In this document: in pieces, positions 11,430-27,500 of the stretch
How the letters are laid out: each line of letters starts with the position of its first letter
Position numbering within the stretch: position 1 is the first letter of the stretch
Origin: Octopus vulgaris
Lineage: Eukaryota
DNA length: 64,000 nt
Direction: 5' to 3'
Assembly: GCA_951406725.2 (NCBI GenBank)
Contig: OX597816.1
Location: 33,914,001 to 33,978,000, forward strand
Program-made: the position numbers and the translations under genes
Notes under the pieces: model-generated
Database searches by the model: none
Told to the model about the DNA's origin: nothing
What the model saw: the letters and a program-made list of their open reading frames with translations, nothing else

Positions 11430-14400
11430 GTGTGCATGTGGGCTTGTGTGTATCTGTGTCTCTGCGTGTCTGTGTGATACCTTTTATGAGGAAATATCGA
11501 AATTTCAGGTTCGTTGGATTTATGTGGCTGTGATATGTTTTCCGGCTTTATGTAGCCTTTCACAGGTTGAAAGATTGCACCATTTGATGATAATTAGGTA
11601 AACTGAGCAAGTAGTTATATAGGAAAGGGTGAACAGAGGCTGATAGTATGAAAGTAGAAATTGCGTGAATGTGAGTATAGAAAAAGTTACGGCGAAGAGA
11701 TTTATTTTGGTTTGATGTTGCAATTTTTTTATTGATACTGGTTCATTCAGGCATGGGAGCCAAAGTTTAAACAGATACTTCAAATTCAGGTCTCGATATA
11801 CTTTGAATATAAGGTTAACACCGTCTTTTGGCTTAAACTTTGAAGCTATAAAATGTAGTTGATAGGATTTAAGTTAATATATGCCAACTCAAAATCATGG
11901 CGATTAACGTTTGTATACTGTTGTAGGACACAAAAGAAAGACACGATATTTAAAGAAGCATTTCAAGAAATAGTTGTCTATTAAAGATTTCGTTCTTGCG
12001 GCTGAGGTAGGTATGCAGAGTATTTTAAGTTTTATAGCATCTGCGTCCACTTTTAGGCTGGTTCTTTACTTCTTGCCATCATTTATATAGGTCTTTTCTT
12101 TTTTTCTCTGTCGAGCTCTCTACATTTGATAATAAAATATCTTCCACAGTTTTAAGGAAAACGCATCCTTCCTAAGACTCGGTTGTGTTAAACTAATTAA
12201 TATACCACATAAACAATAAATAGCCACTATCGTAATTCAGCACTGTTTCTTTCTACTAATATTCACACACAAGACTTTGGACAACGGTGGTTCTTTAGAA
12301 AATACAAGTGTATAGTTACGTACATTGGACCTACACTATCAGCATGTCCTTCTGAAGCGAGGTTGTTAACCATGTATCCATATTCACATATACCTATTAA
12401 CACATATATTCTTACATCTTCAACTGCTGTGCTAAATAGCAGCAAGGTGAAGCTACGTTTGATTGGACACAGTCAAGACTGTAGGTGTTGTAAATATGTA
12501 GAATGTAGAACATTTATAATGGGAACAGGGAAGTGTGATACATGACATGCGCATTGTAAATATACATTGACTTTTACATTCAGCCTGTGGCGGAAAGTGG
12601 TTGCACATCACAACTTATACCATAATGTATCATCAACAATATAAAGTATAATGCTGGAACCTCTACTAAAGCATTAGACCTGCAAAAAATAACAGTAAAA
12701 CCTCGCTCAATTTATGTAATTTCGTTTTAAAGTAAAATAAAACAAACGAACATATTACTAAAGTTCAAGATACGTCAAAATTGCAAGTTGATACCGGTTG
12801 ATATGGATTTGATAAAATATCTGATCCCTTCATAGATGATCAAGTACTAAACAGCACAACAACGAGGGGAAAGTAAACTATAATGAAATATGTTGCTTCA
12901 TCAAAGTTATTTATTAATAGTCTGTCCCTTGAACAGATGTAACCATCAATGATATTAATAAATATACAGAAAATCTGTTAATTTCACATCTAAATAATTT
13001 CAAAATTCTTGGTCCTGTTAAACACAGTAATGTGTAAATTTCGTGCAGTAACGGTAACTTTTCCTTTTGTAAATCCTTGAACTATCTTTTATAAATGGCA
13101 GTTCCTGTGCGAGTTATTAAATATGTGAAGACTTGGTGGGGCACTTGGCGGGGGACTTAAGGGTGTCGAACAAAATAAATTATTGTATTTCTTTACGTAC
13201 TGAGTTTAGATCCTACAGACTTCAAGGTCGCTGGAAAATAAAATGTCAGTCAAGTATTGGATCGATATAACTACTACACTCTCTGTCAAACCATTTGATC
13301 TTGTGCAAGTGTTTAACTCAATATCATTGATGTCACTGTTGTTCATTTAAAACTTCTGTACTAGGTAGAATGTAAGGTCATTGGTTTGAGTCTGAATAAT
13401 TAATCACATATCAATTAATACCTTTACAATTCACAGATCAACCAATCTATTCGTAATATAATTAATTAAATGCATAATGAGAAATATTGCCTGAGGTGTG
13501 TTTTGCTCGACAGAATGTTATAATAATATTTTTCTTGTAAGAACACTCACGCGAAATGTTTCTGTCAGAAAGAGACAAAACCATGTTATATAATGAATAT
13601 ATTATAAGAGGTTTCATTATATGTGTAGAACAACATTTGAATAAATCAAATCTGTAGTAACGCATTAGCATAATTACCTAAATGGCACATCCGTGAGTCA
13701 TTAATTCTAATCTCAATACTGTAGGGTTGAACATTTTGGATGAGGGATATTAGTCGCATAAGCCACACTGTCTAACAAAATGTGTCGATGAATTATACCG
13801 AAGGTTTGGTTTATTGTAGGAACAATTATCTAGAAATTACAATTACGTAATAAGAGGAATTAGTTGATCCAAATCGATGCAAAATATGGCAGTAAATCTA
13901 ATCGAGGTGCAGAATTTCACTTGCAAAAACTGCGTGGTTTCGGTTTCTATCGGTTTCTACGACCAGGTCTTCTTTACCATAGCCTTGAGTCAACCAAATC
14001 TTTCAAAATAATTTTCGGTAGATCGAAACCATAATTTGTCTATTCCTATGTACCACTTTTGTTTTTGCGTGGTAGGATTCATCTTTCACCCACTTTATCA
14101 CTACCATCTGGATTTTGTATACTTTTAACGGAGTCTACTATGGTCTCTGGTTTCTAAACAACTTCATTCTTTATTCTCAGCACTAAGAGGTTCCATAACC
14201 AGGCAATTTCCACCAGTCTTGTTCTGAAAAAGCAAAGGAATAAAACAAAAGTAGCTCAAGTTTTTGAATACAAAACAGCTTCGTCAAAGAGAGGACAGAG
14301 TAGACTAAAACCTATAACATTCCATCAATATTGTAGCCGAATCTATATCAATGATCTCAATAAAGGTCATTACATACCATCAATGCAAACACATTGACAG

Positions 14401-15104
14401 ATTGTCAAAATAGATATGGCAGTATTGATACATCCACCAACACCATCAGCATATCTATACCAACAGGTAGTTATTATATATACTACCAACACGGCCTACA
14501 CATCTACTCAACAAATGATTAACATGCATCGCCATCATATCTGTTTCTATCTAGTCATTATAAATTATTAATTTTATCACCACTATTCTTACATCTATTG
14601 GTAGTTATTATATACCGTACACCAGCAAAGCTATATTAACAGCTGGTAATTACTTGTACCACCAAATCTACTTCAACCACGTCTACATCCATCGCTCCAA
14701 CTATATATTATATACCCAGGCATCTACTAAACAACGTCTCGTTATATACCAGTACAACACCTACATGCATATTATTACATGCACCAAATATATATCCACT
14801 TCCAACAGCAACTTTACTTTGAATAGAGGTGACAGCAAGAAACAATATCTCCATGAATTTGAAAAAAAGAAAGGACATATCGTATAATGTAATCACAGAT
14901 ATTGTCACATTCTGTCAAAAATGTACGGCAGGGAATGTTGATTGCTAAAACATCAACATCTGCATCACTATCAACAACAAAAGACAGAAGCTGCATAGTA
15001 TCTCTATCCGGTGACTAAATTTACTACAATTAACAACCTTAAAAATATCATGACGCCCACTATCTTAAAAGAGGAAAAAAAAAACGGTCAATACAGTTTT
15101 ATAT

Positions 15105-15520
15105 CCACAAAACACAGGAAAGTCATGCCTGGAACGATCTTTGATCGCATATTTGTTCAACCAAGGCTGAACTAAATCTAAATACATAAGAGACAACTCT
15201 TCCTACATCCCTTTATAGAAAACCCGAAAAGGTCATGACTAGAACGAATTTCATCAAATATCTATTCAAACTGGTTGATTTAGGATTAAACAACTATAAA
15301 CAAGAAGTATTCTTATATCTCTCTGTGTTCAAAAAACGGGAAGGTCATGCTTCAGACGTCTTTGATCAAAGATTTGTTCAACCTAGGAGATCTAGGACTA
15401 GATAGCCATAATTAAGAATCATTCCTACATCCCTCTTTATGAAACACTGATGTTCATGGCTGGAACGCCTTTGATCAGAATTCTGTTCAAAGAATGTTGA
15501 TCTAGAACTAAACTACTGTG
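15105..15520 (+). repeat. Diverged tandem array, about 4 x 110-115 bp
   Basis: Recurring gtcatg..tggaacg..tttgatc...tgttcaa...ga(t/a)ctag...cctacatccct; related piece near 20985-21015. Confidence 0.75.
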
Positions 15521-15689
15521 TTCACATCGCCTTCTACAATCAAATTATCATTGTTATTATAGTCCACTACCTAAGAAACAATCTGATTCATCTCAGACCA
15601 TACCTATCACTACTTCACCTTGCAAAACGGCTTGCTAAACTCTAATTATCTTCACAATATCAGCCGTAGTATATAATCTCTACAAAACT

Positions 15690-16740
15690 CATGCCACCAC
15701 CACCCCATACCAACACCATTACACAATCAGCACCAAGACCCCGCCACCGTCACCGCAATCACTGTCACCATCACCGCCACCAAGACCCCCACCCCCACCA
15801 CAACCACAACCACTACCATCCCGAACATCAACATCACCACCATCATACATGAACAGCCACCACCACCACCACCATCACCACAACTACCATGAACACCACT
15901 ACCACCATTACCACCAACTTTACCATCATCACCATTACACAATCACCACTAAGACCACCGCCAAGACCACCGCCACCAAGACCACCACCACTACAACTAT
16001 CACCACTATCATCACCAACATCAACATCACCACCATCGTACATGAACAACCACCACCACCATCACCACAACTACCATGAAGACCACTACAACCATTACCA
16101 CCAACTTTACCATCATCACCAAGACCACTGCCACCATCACTGCCACGACGACCACCACTACCACCACCACTACCTTCACCAACATCAACATCACCACCAT
16201 CATACATGAACAACCACCACCACCACAATCACCACAACTACCACTACCACCACTACCACCAACTTTACCACGAATACCATCGCCACCGCGCCGCCACTAC
16301 TGCCGCTTCCGCTACCACTGCTACTTCCACCACCAATCGTTACTGCCACCATCGACATTAGGATTCAAACTAGAATTATTAGCCCCTCTTCTGCGGACAC
16401 TATAAGTCACCGCTGCTACTGCTACTGCTACCGCTGCTACGGTTATTGTTGTGCTGCTGCTGCTGCTGCTACTACTACTATTATTGCTACTACCCCTACT
16501 GTTGCTGCAACTGCTGCTGCTGCTGTCACGGTCACCCTAGCAACTGCTACAGCACAAACACTTCTACCACAAAATGGTACGAAATTTACGTAAGAGACTA
16601 GAGCAAGCAACATTACAACATCTATTTCCGTAGTCATTTTCAAACATCACAGATACCACCACCACCACCACCACCACTACCAAAACATTTACCACGACGA
16701 CGACGACCACCACCACCACCACCACCACCACCACTATAGC
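15690..16740. repeat. (CAC/CAT/CTA)n low-complexity tract with a thrice-repeated ~100-bp higher-order unit
   Basis: aacatcaacatcaccaccatcatacatgaac... at ~15824, ~16017 and ~16181. Confidence 0.85.
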
Positions 16741-17151
16741 TTTTCCCTTGGTCATTCTAAACGGATACCTGTACCACCACTACTTTACAAATTCGACGCC
16801 GCCATTACATCCAGCGACTACAACCGCCATCACCGCTACAAGCAGCCAGTAGCTAACATCTCGATCACGAGGTATCGATGACAGTTGTATTGGTAGGACT
16901 ACTAGCGCCACTATTTTGGTTTTAGCTTCGCGACAAAGCAACGGTGAAGACAAAAAGTTCGTCGCCTGCGAATTAGTGAAACACACACACACAGACACGC
17001 ACACACACTAAATCACATACACCAGCGCACACGCACACAAACACATGCACACACGCACGCACGTGCACATCCTCGCACGTGCACACGCACGCAAACAAGC
17101 AGATACATAAATACAAACATGCATACATATAAATATATATATATATATATC

Positions 17152-17203
<52 letters not shown>

Positions 17204-17222
17204 TGTTGTGTGCGAATGTATG

Positions 17223-17261
<39 letters not shown>

Positions 17262-17309
17262 ATGTATGAGTGTGTCTGTGTGTGAGTGTTTGTATATGTA
17301 TATACGTGT

Positions 17310-17504
17310 TCTTTTATTCTTTTATTTCTTTACTCGTTGCAGTCATTTCACTGACCTCAGAATTAATTTTTATAAGCCTAGTGCTTATTCTATCGTTCTC
17401 TTTTGCCGATCTGCTAAACCACGGGGACATAAACACACCAGCTTCGATTGTCAAATGATGCAAGGATACAAAAACAAATGCAAACAAGCACAAATATACG
17501 CACG

Positions 17505-17552
<48 letters not shown>

Positions 17553-17685
17553 AGCATACGTGGGGTTTCTTCCAGTTCCCTTCTACCAAATCCCCTCACT
17601 CCACTCGAGGCTACAGTAGAAGACACTTGCCCAATGTGCCACGCAGTCGCCCTGAACCCGGAACGATGTGGGTAAGAAGCAAGTG
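17310..17685 (-). mobile_element. SINE family A
   Basis: Reverse complement similar to 23521-23923. Confidence 0.8.
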
Positions 17686-17753
17686 TAATTTATCGATACA
17701 TATGTATGAGTGTAGGTTTGAATGCGAGTGTACGTGTCTAGATACAGAGAGAC

Positions 17754-17793
<40 letters not shown>

Positions 17794-18424
17794 ATATATA
17801 TATATATATGTGTATATATATATATATACACATTCATAGACATATTTATATGCATGAACGTGTTTATTTGTGTGCATAAAAAGCAAATGCATACATCCCA
17901 ACATGCATACATATTAAAGCATACAGACTTACACACACGCGTATATACACGTATTCTTTTAAACTTGCATGTATACACACACACACTCGCACACACACAT
18001 ACACACACACATGTATACAGCCACCAGAAAAAATTGTCGTCACGAGATTTGTGTCTGCAGGATAAAGCTAAATATAGTGTATAGTGAGAGTTTGAAATAA
18101 AATAGCATCAACTTGAAATGAAGTCAGTTTTAGCATAGCATCTGTAGATTCAAAGAGAATTGCTAACAACTGCAAAGCTGACCACAAAAGCAACACAACA
18201 GTAGCTGCTGTTCACAAGCATCGGAACAGACAAAAAAATAAGCATAACAACAGCAAACAACCAAAAAGTAAATGTAGCAACAGCAACAGCAATAAAATCA
18301 GCAACAACTAGAACAATAACAAAAGTTGAAGTTAGTTCACGTCATTTTAGAAATACTCCGAAATATTTTGAGCATCGATTCTAATCGCTAGCCCCTTTGC
18401 AATAATAATAATAGTGTATTTATT

Positions 18425-18638
18425 ATCCTTTCCATTAAAGGCACAAAGTTTGAAATGTGGGTAAGGAGGCTAGTCGATTACATCGCTCGCAGTATTTCAT
18501 GGTACTTAATCTATCGACCCTGAAAGGATAAAGGACAATGTCGACCAAGGTGGAATTTGAACCTCGGAAGGTAAGGAAGGACAAAATGCCGGTAGGCACT
18601 GTCACCGGTGTGTTAACGATTCTGCCAGCTCATCGCCT
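18425..18638 (-). mobile_element. SINE-like family B
   Basis: Reverse complement similar to 6474-6703. Confidence 0.75.
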
Positions 18639-18679
<41 letters not shown>

Positions 18680-18697
18680 ATGATGATGATGATGGTC

Positions 18698-18731
<34 letters not shown>

Positions 18732-19276
18732 TAATAATAATACTCCTTTCTACTATATGCACAAAAACTGAAATATTGGGAGAGGGGAGCAGTAGATTAC
18801 AGTGACCCCGGTGTTTCATTGCTACTTAATTTATGGACCCCGAATGGATGACCTTGACTTTCATTTCTCTGTGTAGAATGTCATCCAGCTCCAAAATCCC
18901 TAATTATTTATAACCAATAACGTCGGATTCACCCATGGTCTCTCCTGATGGTAATCACAATCCTCTGTAGGCTGCTTTCTTCTCTCTTTTTATATTAAAT
19001 ACTGAGCATTTGGTGATCCCAAATTCCCTGCTGATAGCCCTACCTCACTTCTGGACTGTTTTGGTTAAGGAATATATCTGCTTTTTTCAGATTTCCCATA
19101 CAATTTCATGTCATACGTAAACAGAAGACGGTTCAATGATGGGCCTTTCTTCCCACATCTGAAATCCATCTTAACTTTCCTAAGTGTCATTGTTATGGGT
19201 ATTAGTACAATTACAAAAAGTAACGACGAAAACGAGTCACCTTGGAAGATATTCCTTTTAATATCAACTTCTCCAA

Positions 19277-19475
19277 AAGCGGCGAGCTGGCAGAAACGTT
19301 TGCACGCCGGGCAAAATGCTTAGCGGTATTTCGTCTGTTTATACGTTCTGAGTTCAAATTCCTCCGAAGTCGACTTTGCCATTTATCATTTCGGGGTTGA
19401 TAAATTAAATACCAACTACGTACTGGGCTCGATCTAATCGATCCCAGTTACGTAGTTGTGCCTAGAATAGAAAGG
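19277..19475 (+). mobile_element. SINE-like family B
   Basis: gcggcgagctggcagaaacg...gagttcaaattcc. Confidence 0.8.
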
Positions 19476-19511
19476 AATATGAACTTATCAAAGGAAGTTA
19501 CATTATTATTA

Positions 19512-19620
<109 letters not shown>

Positions 19621-19961
19621 CAGTAATGTTTCTCTACTGTGGGCAGAAGGCGTGTAATATCGTGGGGCTAGGACCAATAGATTATAATGACCACTAATGG
19701 TTTAAAGGTGAAGTCCATCTAGGTGGAATAACAGCTCAGTATGTAAAGAGGGAAGAAATGTTGCTAGCAATTTTGTGCGGTTTACTAAGGATTCTACCAG
19801 GTCGCCGCCATGACAAGAAAAAGTAATAACAGATGGATACAAGAGATATACTTGTAGATATAACGCCAACAACAATATCAACTGATATATCAGCCCTAAA
19901 AAAAGAGGGAGAATTAGGAAACATAGCATCAAATAAATACCACAACAATAAGAAGAATATT

Positions 19962-20140
19962 GGTTTCAAATTTTTGGCACAAGGCTAGAGGATTTGGAGG
20001 AAAGGTCAAGTCGATTACATCGATGCCAGTGTTCAAGTGGTACTTAGCTTCCGACCAAGAAATGACGAAATGCACAGTCGACCTCGGTGGAATTTGAACT
20101 AGAACGTAACGTGATGACGAACGAAATGCACACCATCTTG
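19962..20140 (-). mobile_element. SINE-like family B
   Basis: gtcgacctcggtggaatttgaact. Confidence 0.7.
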
Positions 20141-20179
20141 ATAGCAATGTAAGTATTGACAATAAAGAACAGCTCGGCT

Positions 20180-20239
20180 AACAATATCATCACCATCACC
20201 GTCCTCCTCCTCCTCCTCCTCACCATCATCATCATCATG

Positions 20240-20270
<31 letters not shown>

Positions 20271-20346
20271 GCATCATCAGCATCATCATCACCATCATCA
20301 TCATCATCATCCTCATCATCAGCATCATCATTATCATCAGCATCAT

Positions 20347-20387
<41 letters not shown>

Positions 20388-20533
20388 GCCTCCTCATCAT
20401 CAGCATCATCATCAGCATCATCATCAGCATCATCATCAGCATCATCATCAGCATCATCATCAGCATCATCATCACCATCACCATCACCATCATTATCATC
20501 ATCATCATCGTCATCATCACCATCATCATCATC

Positions 20534-20564
<31 letters not shown>

Positions 20565-20860
20565 CCATCTTCCTCCTCCTCCTCCTCCCCCATTCTCCTC
20601 CTCCTCATCATCATCATCGTCTTCGTCGTCGTCATCGTCATCATCACATACATAAACTTCATGGTCGTCCTCTTCGTCGTCATGGTCGTCATCATGTTAT
20701 ATTCGTAGTTATTCTCGTTCTCCTCACTTTCCTCATCCTCCTCATCGTGAATATTCTTATCAGTATCATTGTCGTCTCTATCCTCCTCCTCCTTCTCCTG
20801 CTTCTCTTCCTCTTCATTATCATCATCATCCTCATCATCGTTATCATGTTCTTCACCTTC
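20180..20860. repeat. (CAT/CAG/CCT)n compound trinucleotide microsatellite
   Basis: Read directly; source of the poly-D, poly-M and poly-I ORFs. Confidence 0.9.
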
Positions 20861-23104
20861 ATTACAGCTTCTCTGGTTCGATATAGAAAAAAAAAGGATC
20901 CTAAAAATAGTTGGTTTTCTTTAAAAGAATTGCAAGTACAACATTTTTCATGTGCCCAGTGCATTGTATCTGACGAAATACGAGATCGTCATAGTTGGAA
21001 CGTCTTTGATCACACGACAAAAACAAAAACAAATTTAAAATTTACGAAATTTTCCCACTACCACTACACCTGGCTATACTGAAGAAACGTTATCCCCGCT
21101 AACAGCAATAACATCACAAAATGAACAATGGTGATTACAGCGGTACAACGTCACCACTACCACCTCCTATGCCACGATCGTCACGTTCCCACCACCATCA
21201 CTACGACGATCCTTACTACCACTATCACCATCACCATCACCACCACCACTAGCAACAACAACATCGTTGACACCAACACCGTCACCACCATCACTAACAA
21301 CAACGTCCACAGTATCATCAATGACAAATAAAATTACACTTATCTACAGCAACTGCTGAAACAACTTGTTATGGTAATCATAGCAACAGAATAGATAAAA
21401 TGCTGAAATAGCGGAAATTTCAAGGAAGAACAGCAAAATCTTTCAGCAAAGGTGAATATCCAAGGTGACAGGATGCTGTAGAATTACTTAAGTGGTGGAT
21501 GGCTCAGTATATATTTACTGCGGCAAGATGATGGTAGGTAAGACAGTGATGGCTTCACGTCTCCAGGAAATTAAGTAGGTATCACACGGAAGAATAGCTA
21601 CCAGAGTGAATATGAGGAGTCATAGAGATATGTATAAATAAGCGGCGTGCGCAGGAATCTCAGCAGAGAAACGTTACTCTCAGAGACATATAAGAACCAC
21701 AATGAAAGGAAGAGGCATCTGAGTAAAATATAGGTTCCAAAGGGAATAGTTGGTGTCCCAGAGATGTGTAGATGTTACAGTCATGTGTTAGCATCACAGG
21801 TCCTCCAAGTTCCACTTTAAAGTTTAAGCATCACAAAGGTTTATAGGTCTCACAATAAAGAATAGACATAGGTATATATAGGAGCCACAGTAAAGTTTAG
21901 GTGTACGTTGAATGTAGATGCACAATCAATAGCAGGTATAGTACAGACCTGTAGATAAGATAGTGAAAAGTAGAGACCAGAGAAGTATAGGGGGCAATGG
22001 ATTATTGTTCTTGGTATATGATTTGTACCATGATCAATCTTAGCTGAAATGATGTATGATATAAAATATTCCATCTATAATCATCTTGTTAACAGTGTTT
22101 AAAATTACATGTTTTATTGAACCTTTAGCGTCTAATTTGGAGAAGAAACGTTTTTATGTTTCACAGATCGAACGACCATGTAGAGGTTCTCTTTTAGGAA
22201 GAGGATTACAGATGTAAATACCCTTACGGTACTGTGTTACGTTCACATCGTGTTTGTTCATTGTTTAGGGCTCCTTGCAAGAAGTTTTGGAGGATATACT
22301 AAGAGGGATGAGGGGCCGTGGAAAGGTTAAAACGGTTCAATTTTTTTTTCAGTATGTGTCCAGTAGCAGTATATGACATGAGATTCGAAAGAAACACGAA
22401 AGTGGAATGCAAAGAACGGTAAGCGTTCGACATGAGACAACGTGAAAGCTATGCAAGAATTTTCTTGTCGTAATAACAGTTGTTCATGGTTTATGTCTAC
22501 CACGAATGCTCAAGAAGATTTAATATTAAAAATGTAAATACAACTGAGAAAAATATCTCACGCCAATATTCTAAATGTGTCGAATATAAAATAGAGTACA
22601 ATGTAGAAGCAAATACTGAGAACAGGGACGGCTGCGTTTTCGATAAGCAGATACTGTAAGTTCTTCCCAAGAGGCGTACTGACCGATATTTATTTTCCTC
22701 TTTCTCTTTGTCCCTTCTAAACCGTTGCAAAGACACCTGGAGCAAGAAAGGTTCTCTTCATCAGATATAGCTGGTCTCTGGTTATTTTGCGTTCAAGCAC
22801 CATTGACTCACTCATCGCTCCCCCAAATCTTTCCGACATTATGCCCAAACCCATCCCTACATCTTGTACTAATCACTTTCTTCCCAGTTTATCGGCCTTC
22901 TGTTATCCCATCCCGCCAATATACCTTTCATTCAGTTGTTGGGTTGGGAGAGTTAACAATATCATTCTCCTTAGAAACTAATTGAAGGAGATGTTGGAGG
23001 AAGTGGGGCCGGAGGGGAAGGGTAGATGGAGGGTGAAGAGGAGGCGGAGAAGACGAGGGATAGAGGAATTGAAGGAGACAAAGGTGGTGGAATCGGATGA
23101 TGAT

Positions 23105-23135
<31 letters not shown>

Positions 23136-23485
23136 AGGCAGCGGCGGCGGAGATTAGCAAGTCAGGTGAGAGTAACCACAATTATTTTGACAGTCGCCTA
23201 TACTGAAAATTCACCACTTATATATGCCTAAGTTAAAAATCAAATTGCATGGAATGATAACGTAATTTGTATATTTTCTTTCTCGTAAAGAACCATTAAT
23301 AACAGCTTGCTTAGTAAGTTGCCAGACTTTTGATAAATATTATATTATATTGAAATAAGAATAGTAAATGACTCATGAATTGCAGAGCTCTACATCAGAC
23401 AATGCGTCACGCAAGATACACACACACACACACAAGCAAAGACACATACTCATATATATATGCAAATACACATCTATCTATATGA

Positions 23486-23518
<33 letters not shown>

Positions 23519-23520
23519 TT

Positions 23521-24073
<553 letters not shown>

Positions 24074-24508
24074 GCACACGATCTCTCCCACACACACATA
24101 CGTGTGTATGTATGTATATAAAGACAGAGGTATAGAAATTGAAAATTGTTTATACCGAGAAAATAACAGATTGCTTTTTGAAGTTATATTCGCAAAACAA
24201 ATGTTTCTGGTGTCATAAATATACTTCGTTTGAGAGGAAAGTCACACGAACACGAAGAAGAAAAGGCAATTTCCAGTCTTCCTGGAGATTGGTAGCATAC
24301 TTGTATAGAACGTAATCAGAAACGATGTGGGCAACAAATTAAATAATTCCAGTTTAACTTTATTTTCTACACCTGTGACTGCGAAAAAGAAAGTCACGTG
24401 CCGTACGTAACATGTTTATTTCTTAAAAGACAGTTACGATCCCGTAAATTATATCCTTAGGTAAGAATTTTAATATGTAAGTGCATGTATCTATCTATCT
24501 ATCTATCT

Positions 24509-27500
24509 GAATGCTACCTTGGACACGCATGTAGACTACGTGGGTAGAGATAGGAATAGACGGGGATGCAAATGCCTCAGAGACCTGCTCAGACGCTTTC
24601 AACTGTCTGACAGGTTCCGACTAGACCACCCGAATGCGCCAACGTGGACATGGAGCAACCGCATCGGGTCATCGAGATCGTATCTAGATAGGATACTGTG
24701 TAGGACAGTAGATAGAGATAGCATAGGATGTCCACAATTCCACATAGTCAGCTACACGGATCACAAACTTGTGACATGTACGCTAGACTTAGGTAAGACA
24801 CTTAGGCAGGGTCCCGGATACTGGAAACTAAACGCGTCTTTCCCATCGAGACAAGTTTTCAGAGACCGGATTAGCACACTAGTAAAGAGGGCTTTGACGG
24901 GAGCCATCATCAACAACAAATGGTGGTTTGCCCTCAAGAGAGCAGTAAAAGCAGAAGCGATTAGGTACAGCAAAGCACTAGCCATAGATAGAAATAGAGT
25001 AGAGGGTGAGCTAGTTAAGAAGCTAGAAGAGGCAATTAGAAGCGGCATCGCATCCGACGTTTTGGCGGCGAGGTTGGCCCTCGACCAACACTTCAACGCC
25101 AAACACGAAGGATGTGCTGTCAGAGCTAGGATGCGTGCTCTAAGGAACGAAGGTGTTGGAGCCGCGAGAGAGGCCCGGGTGGCAGAGGCGCAACAGGGCA
25201 ACAAAGCCACCATTCGGTCACTGGTAGATGAATTGCTCGAGCCAAGTAAAATGTGTGAAGCCTTTCAGCAGCATTTTGTCCGACTGTTCGGAACGAGTGG
25301 AGGGCAAGAACGTAGGGTGGACTTCAGTGCCTACCTACATAGCCTACCACGACTCTCGACAAGAAAGGCAGGGTGCTGCGAAGGTGCCATCACGGCGGCG
25401 GAAGTGCGGGAAGCGATGGCAGAATGCTCGAGGGACAAATCACCGGGTTTGGATGGTCTACCCTACGAGCTTTACAATTGTATGCCAGACTTGTTTGGAG
25501 ATCTCTTGGCGGCGGTGTACTGCAACTGGCAGCAAAACGGGAGCATTCCTGGTTTTGTGAGCCGAGGAGCCGTAACACTGCTGAAGAAAGATCTAAACAA
25601 GGGAAATGTAATAGATAACTTTAGGCCCATCACTCTGCTTAATGCAGACTTGAACATTTTGGCCAAGGTGCTAGCCAAGAGGTTGGCGCTTGTCATCGAG
25701 AAACTTGTCGACAAGGCGCAAACATGCGCCGTGCCAGGCCGGACCATCCATGACAACCTCCATCTGATGCGCTACATCATAGACAGGGTAGTTAACGAAC
25801 CTGGCATGGGTGGGGCCCTGATCAACTTGGATCAATCGAAAGCCTTTGATAGGGTAGACCATCGATACTTGGGGGCAGTCCTGAGAGCGGCTGGTTTCGG
25901 TCCCGTTTTCCGCGGATGGATAGCTGCTTTGTACAGAGGCATCCGTTCGGTAATTCGCGTAAATGGACATCTATCGAGACCTTTCAACATTGCACGTTCG
26001 GTCCGTCAGGGATGCCCCCTCTCAGCGCTTCTATACGTATTGACTCTTGAGCCACTACTGCGGAAGCTGGCGACTCTAAGGGGCATCCCGCGAGAATTGG
26101 GATGCGGGACGAGCGTGTCTGCATACGCGGACGACGTCACCGTCATAGTGTCTAGCCACGAGCACATCGAGCTGGTCGGCGAGACACTGAAAAACTACGA
26201 AGCAGTGACAGGAGCGAAAATCAACCGGGAAAAGTCAGTGGGCTTGCGACTAGGCACCTGGAGAAGCAAGCCCATGCCGTCCGCCAGCGCCTCCGTCGTG
26301 GGACGCTGGACCGACGGCCCGGTTGAGTTGCTCGGGGTCTGGTTTGGTCCGGACCTCCAAGTGGAGAAGAACTGGAACGAGATAACGAGTAGGGTGGTCA
26401 CTCTCGCCCGGCAATGGGCCGAGAGGAAACTGTCCCTAAAAGGTCGAGCGGAGGTGGCGAACACGTACATCGCGTCCGTCATCTACTACCGCCTGACCGT
26501 CGTACCTTGTCCCGACCCTACCATCACCAAACTACAACGCATCCTCTTTCGCTTCTTGTGGAAAGGATGCGTCCCGATGGTCAGGCGATCCATTTGCTGT
26601 CAACACCCGTTAAAAGGAGGGCTGGGCATGCCGTGGTTGATGATGCGCAGACACGCGCTGAGACTGCGGCATCTCTGGCTCTATGTAGACGACGGTGAAC
26701 AGGTGAGGTCGCCGTTTGTGAGGCACGCTTTCCCGCAGCTCGTCTCCATGACCGAACTGCAGTCGTGGATCAAAAAGAGGCCGAGGAAGGGCGAATGGCA
26801 CCGCGAGTGTCGCGTTGCTCTCAAGCAACTCTGCCGTCCTGGGTCGACCTTAAGTGACTTCAACACAACCAAAGCATTCTATAGGGGTTTAGTGGAGGGG
26901 AGGTACGACGACGAGCTCGGGGCGAACCTGGACGTCGACGAGGAGTACCTGACCCGCCTGTTCAGGACGACTTTCGGGCCAGGGCCCATGGACAACTTCC
27001 AGAGATCCCTGGCCTGGCAGTGCTACCGAGAAGCGCTACCCGTTCGGGATAAGCTCTACAGACACGGCTCGAGAAACACGGGGCCGACCTGCCCGAGATG
27101 CGGTCAGAGCGACGAAACCGTTCTGAACGCACTCGTTCAGTGTCCAACAATTTCCGACCTGTGGGCTTATGTCGAACAACTGCTGTCACGTGTGGGACGA
27201 GTCGGTTTATCAGCTGAGTCTATCGTCAATATTGTCACGCCTCCTTCCTTCAAACGGGAAGGAAGAGCTATTTTCATCATCCTTGTGGCTATGGCGAAAG
27301 AATGTATCTGGTGGACGCGTCTGAAAGGATTGGAGACAAACACTTTCCTCTCTGGTCAATCTCTCATCAACTTCTTCAAGTACCACTTGAAAAGGAAAGT
27401 GAGAGTAGAGAGGCAAGTTTTGTCTAGCGAATGTTTTAAAAAAAGATGGGTGAATGTAGCAAGAATGGCACGTATGAATGACGAAGCCACCTTGAGCATA

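Noticed and set aside
15105-15520. CRISPR-like repeat/spacer pattern
   Set aside because: Whole units are homologous and diverged; eukaryotic context and no cas genes
15727-16405. His-, Pro- and Thr-rich ORFs
   Set aside because: Trinucleotide low-complexity DNA open in most frames
20044-21082. Long poly-Asp, poly-Met and poly-Ile ORFs
   Set aside because: Translations of a (CAT)n microsatellite; no splice or domain support
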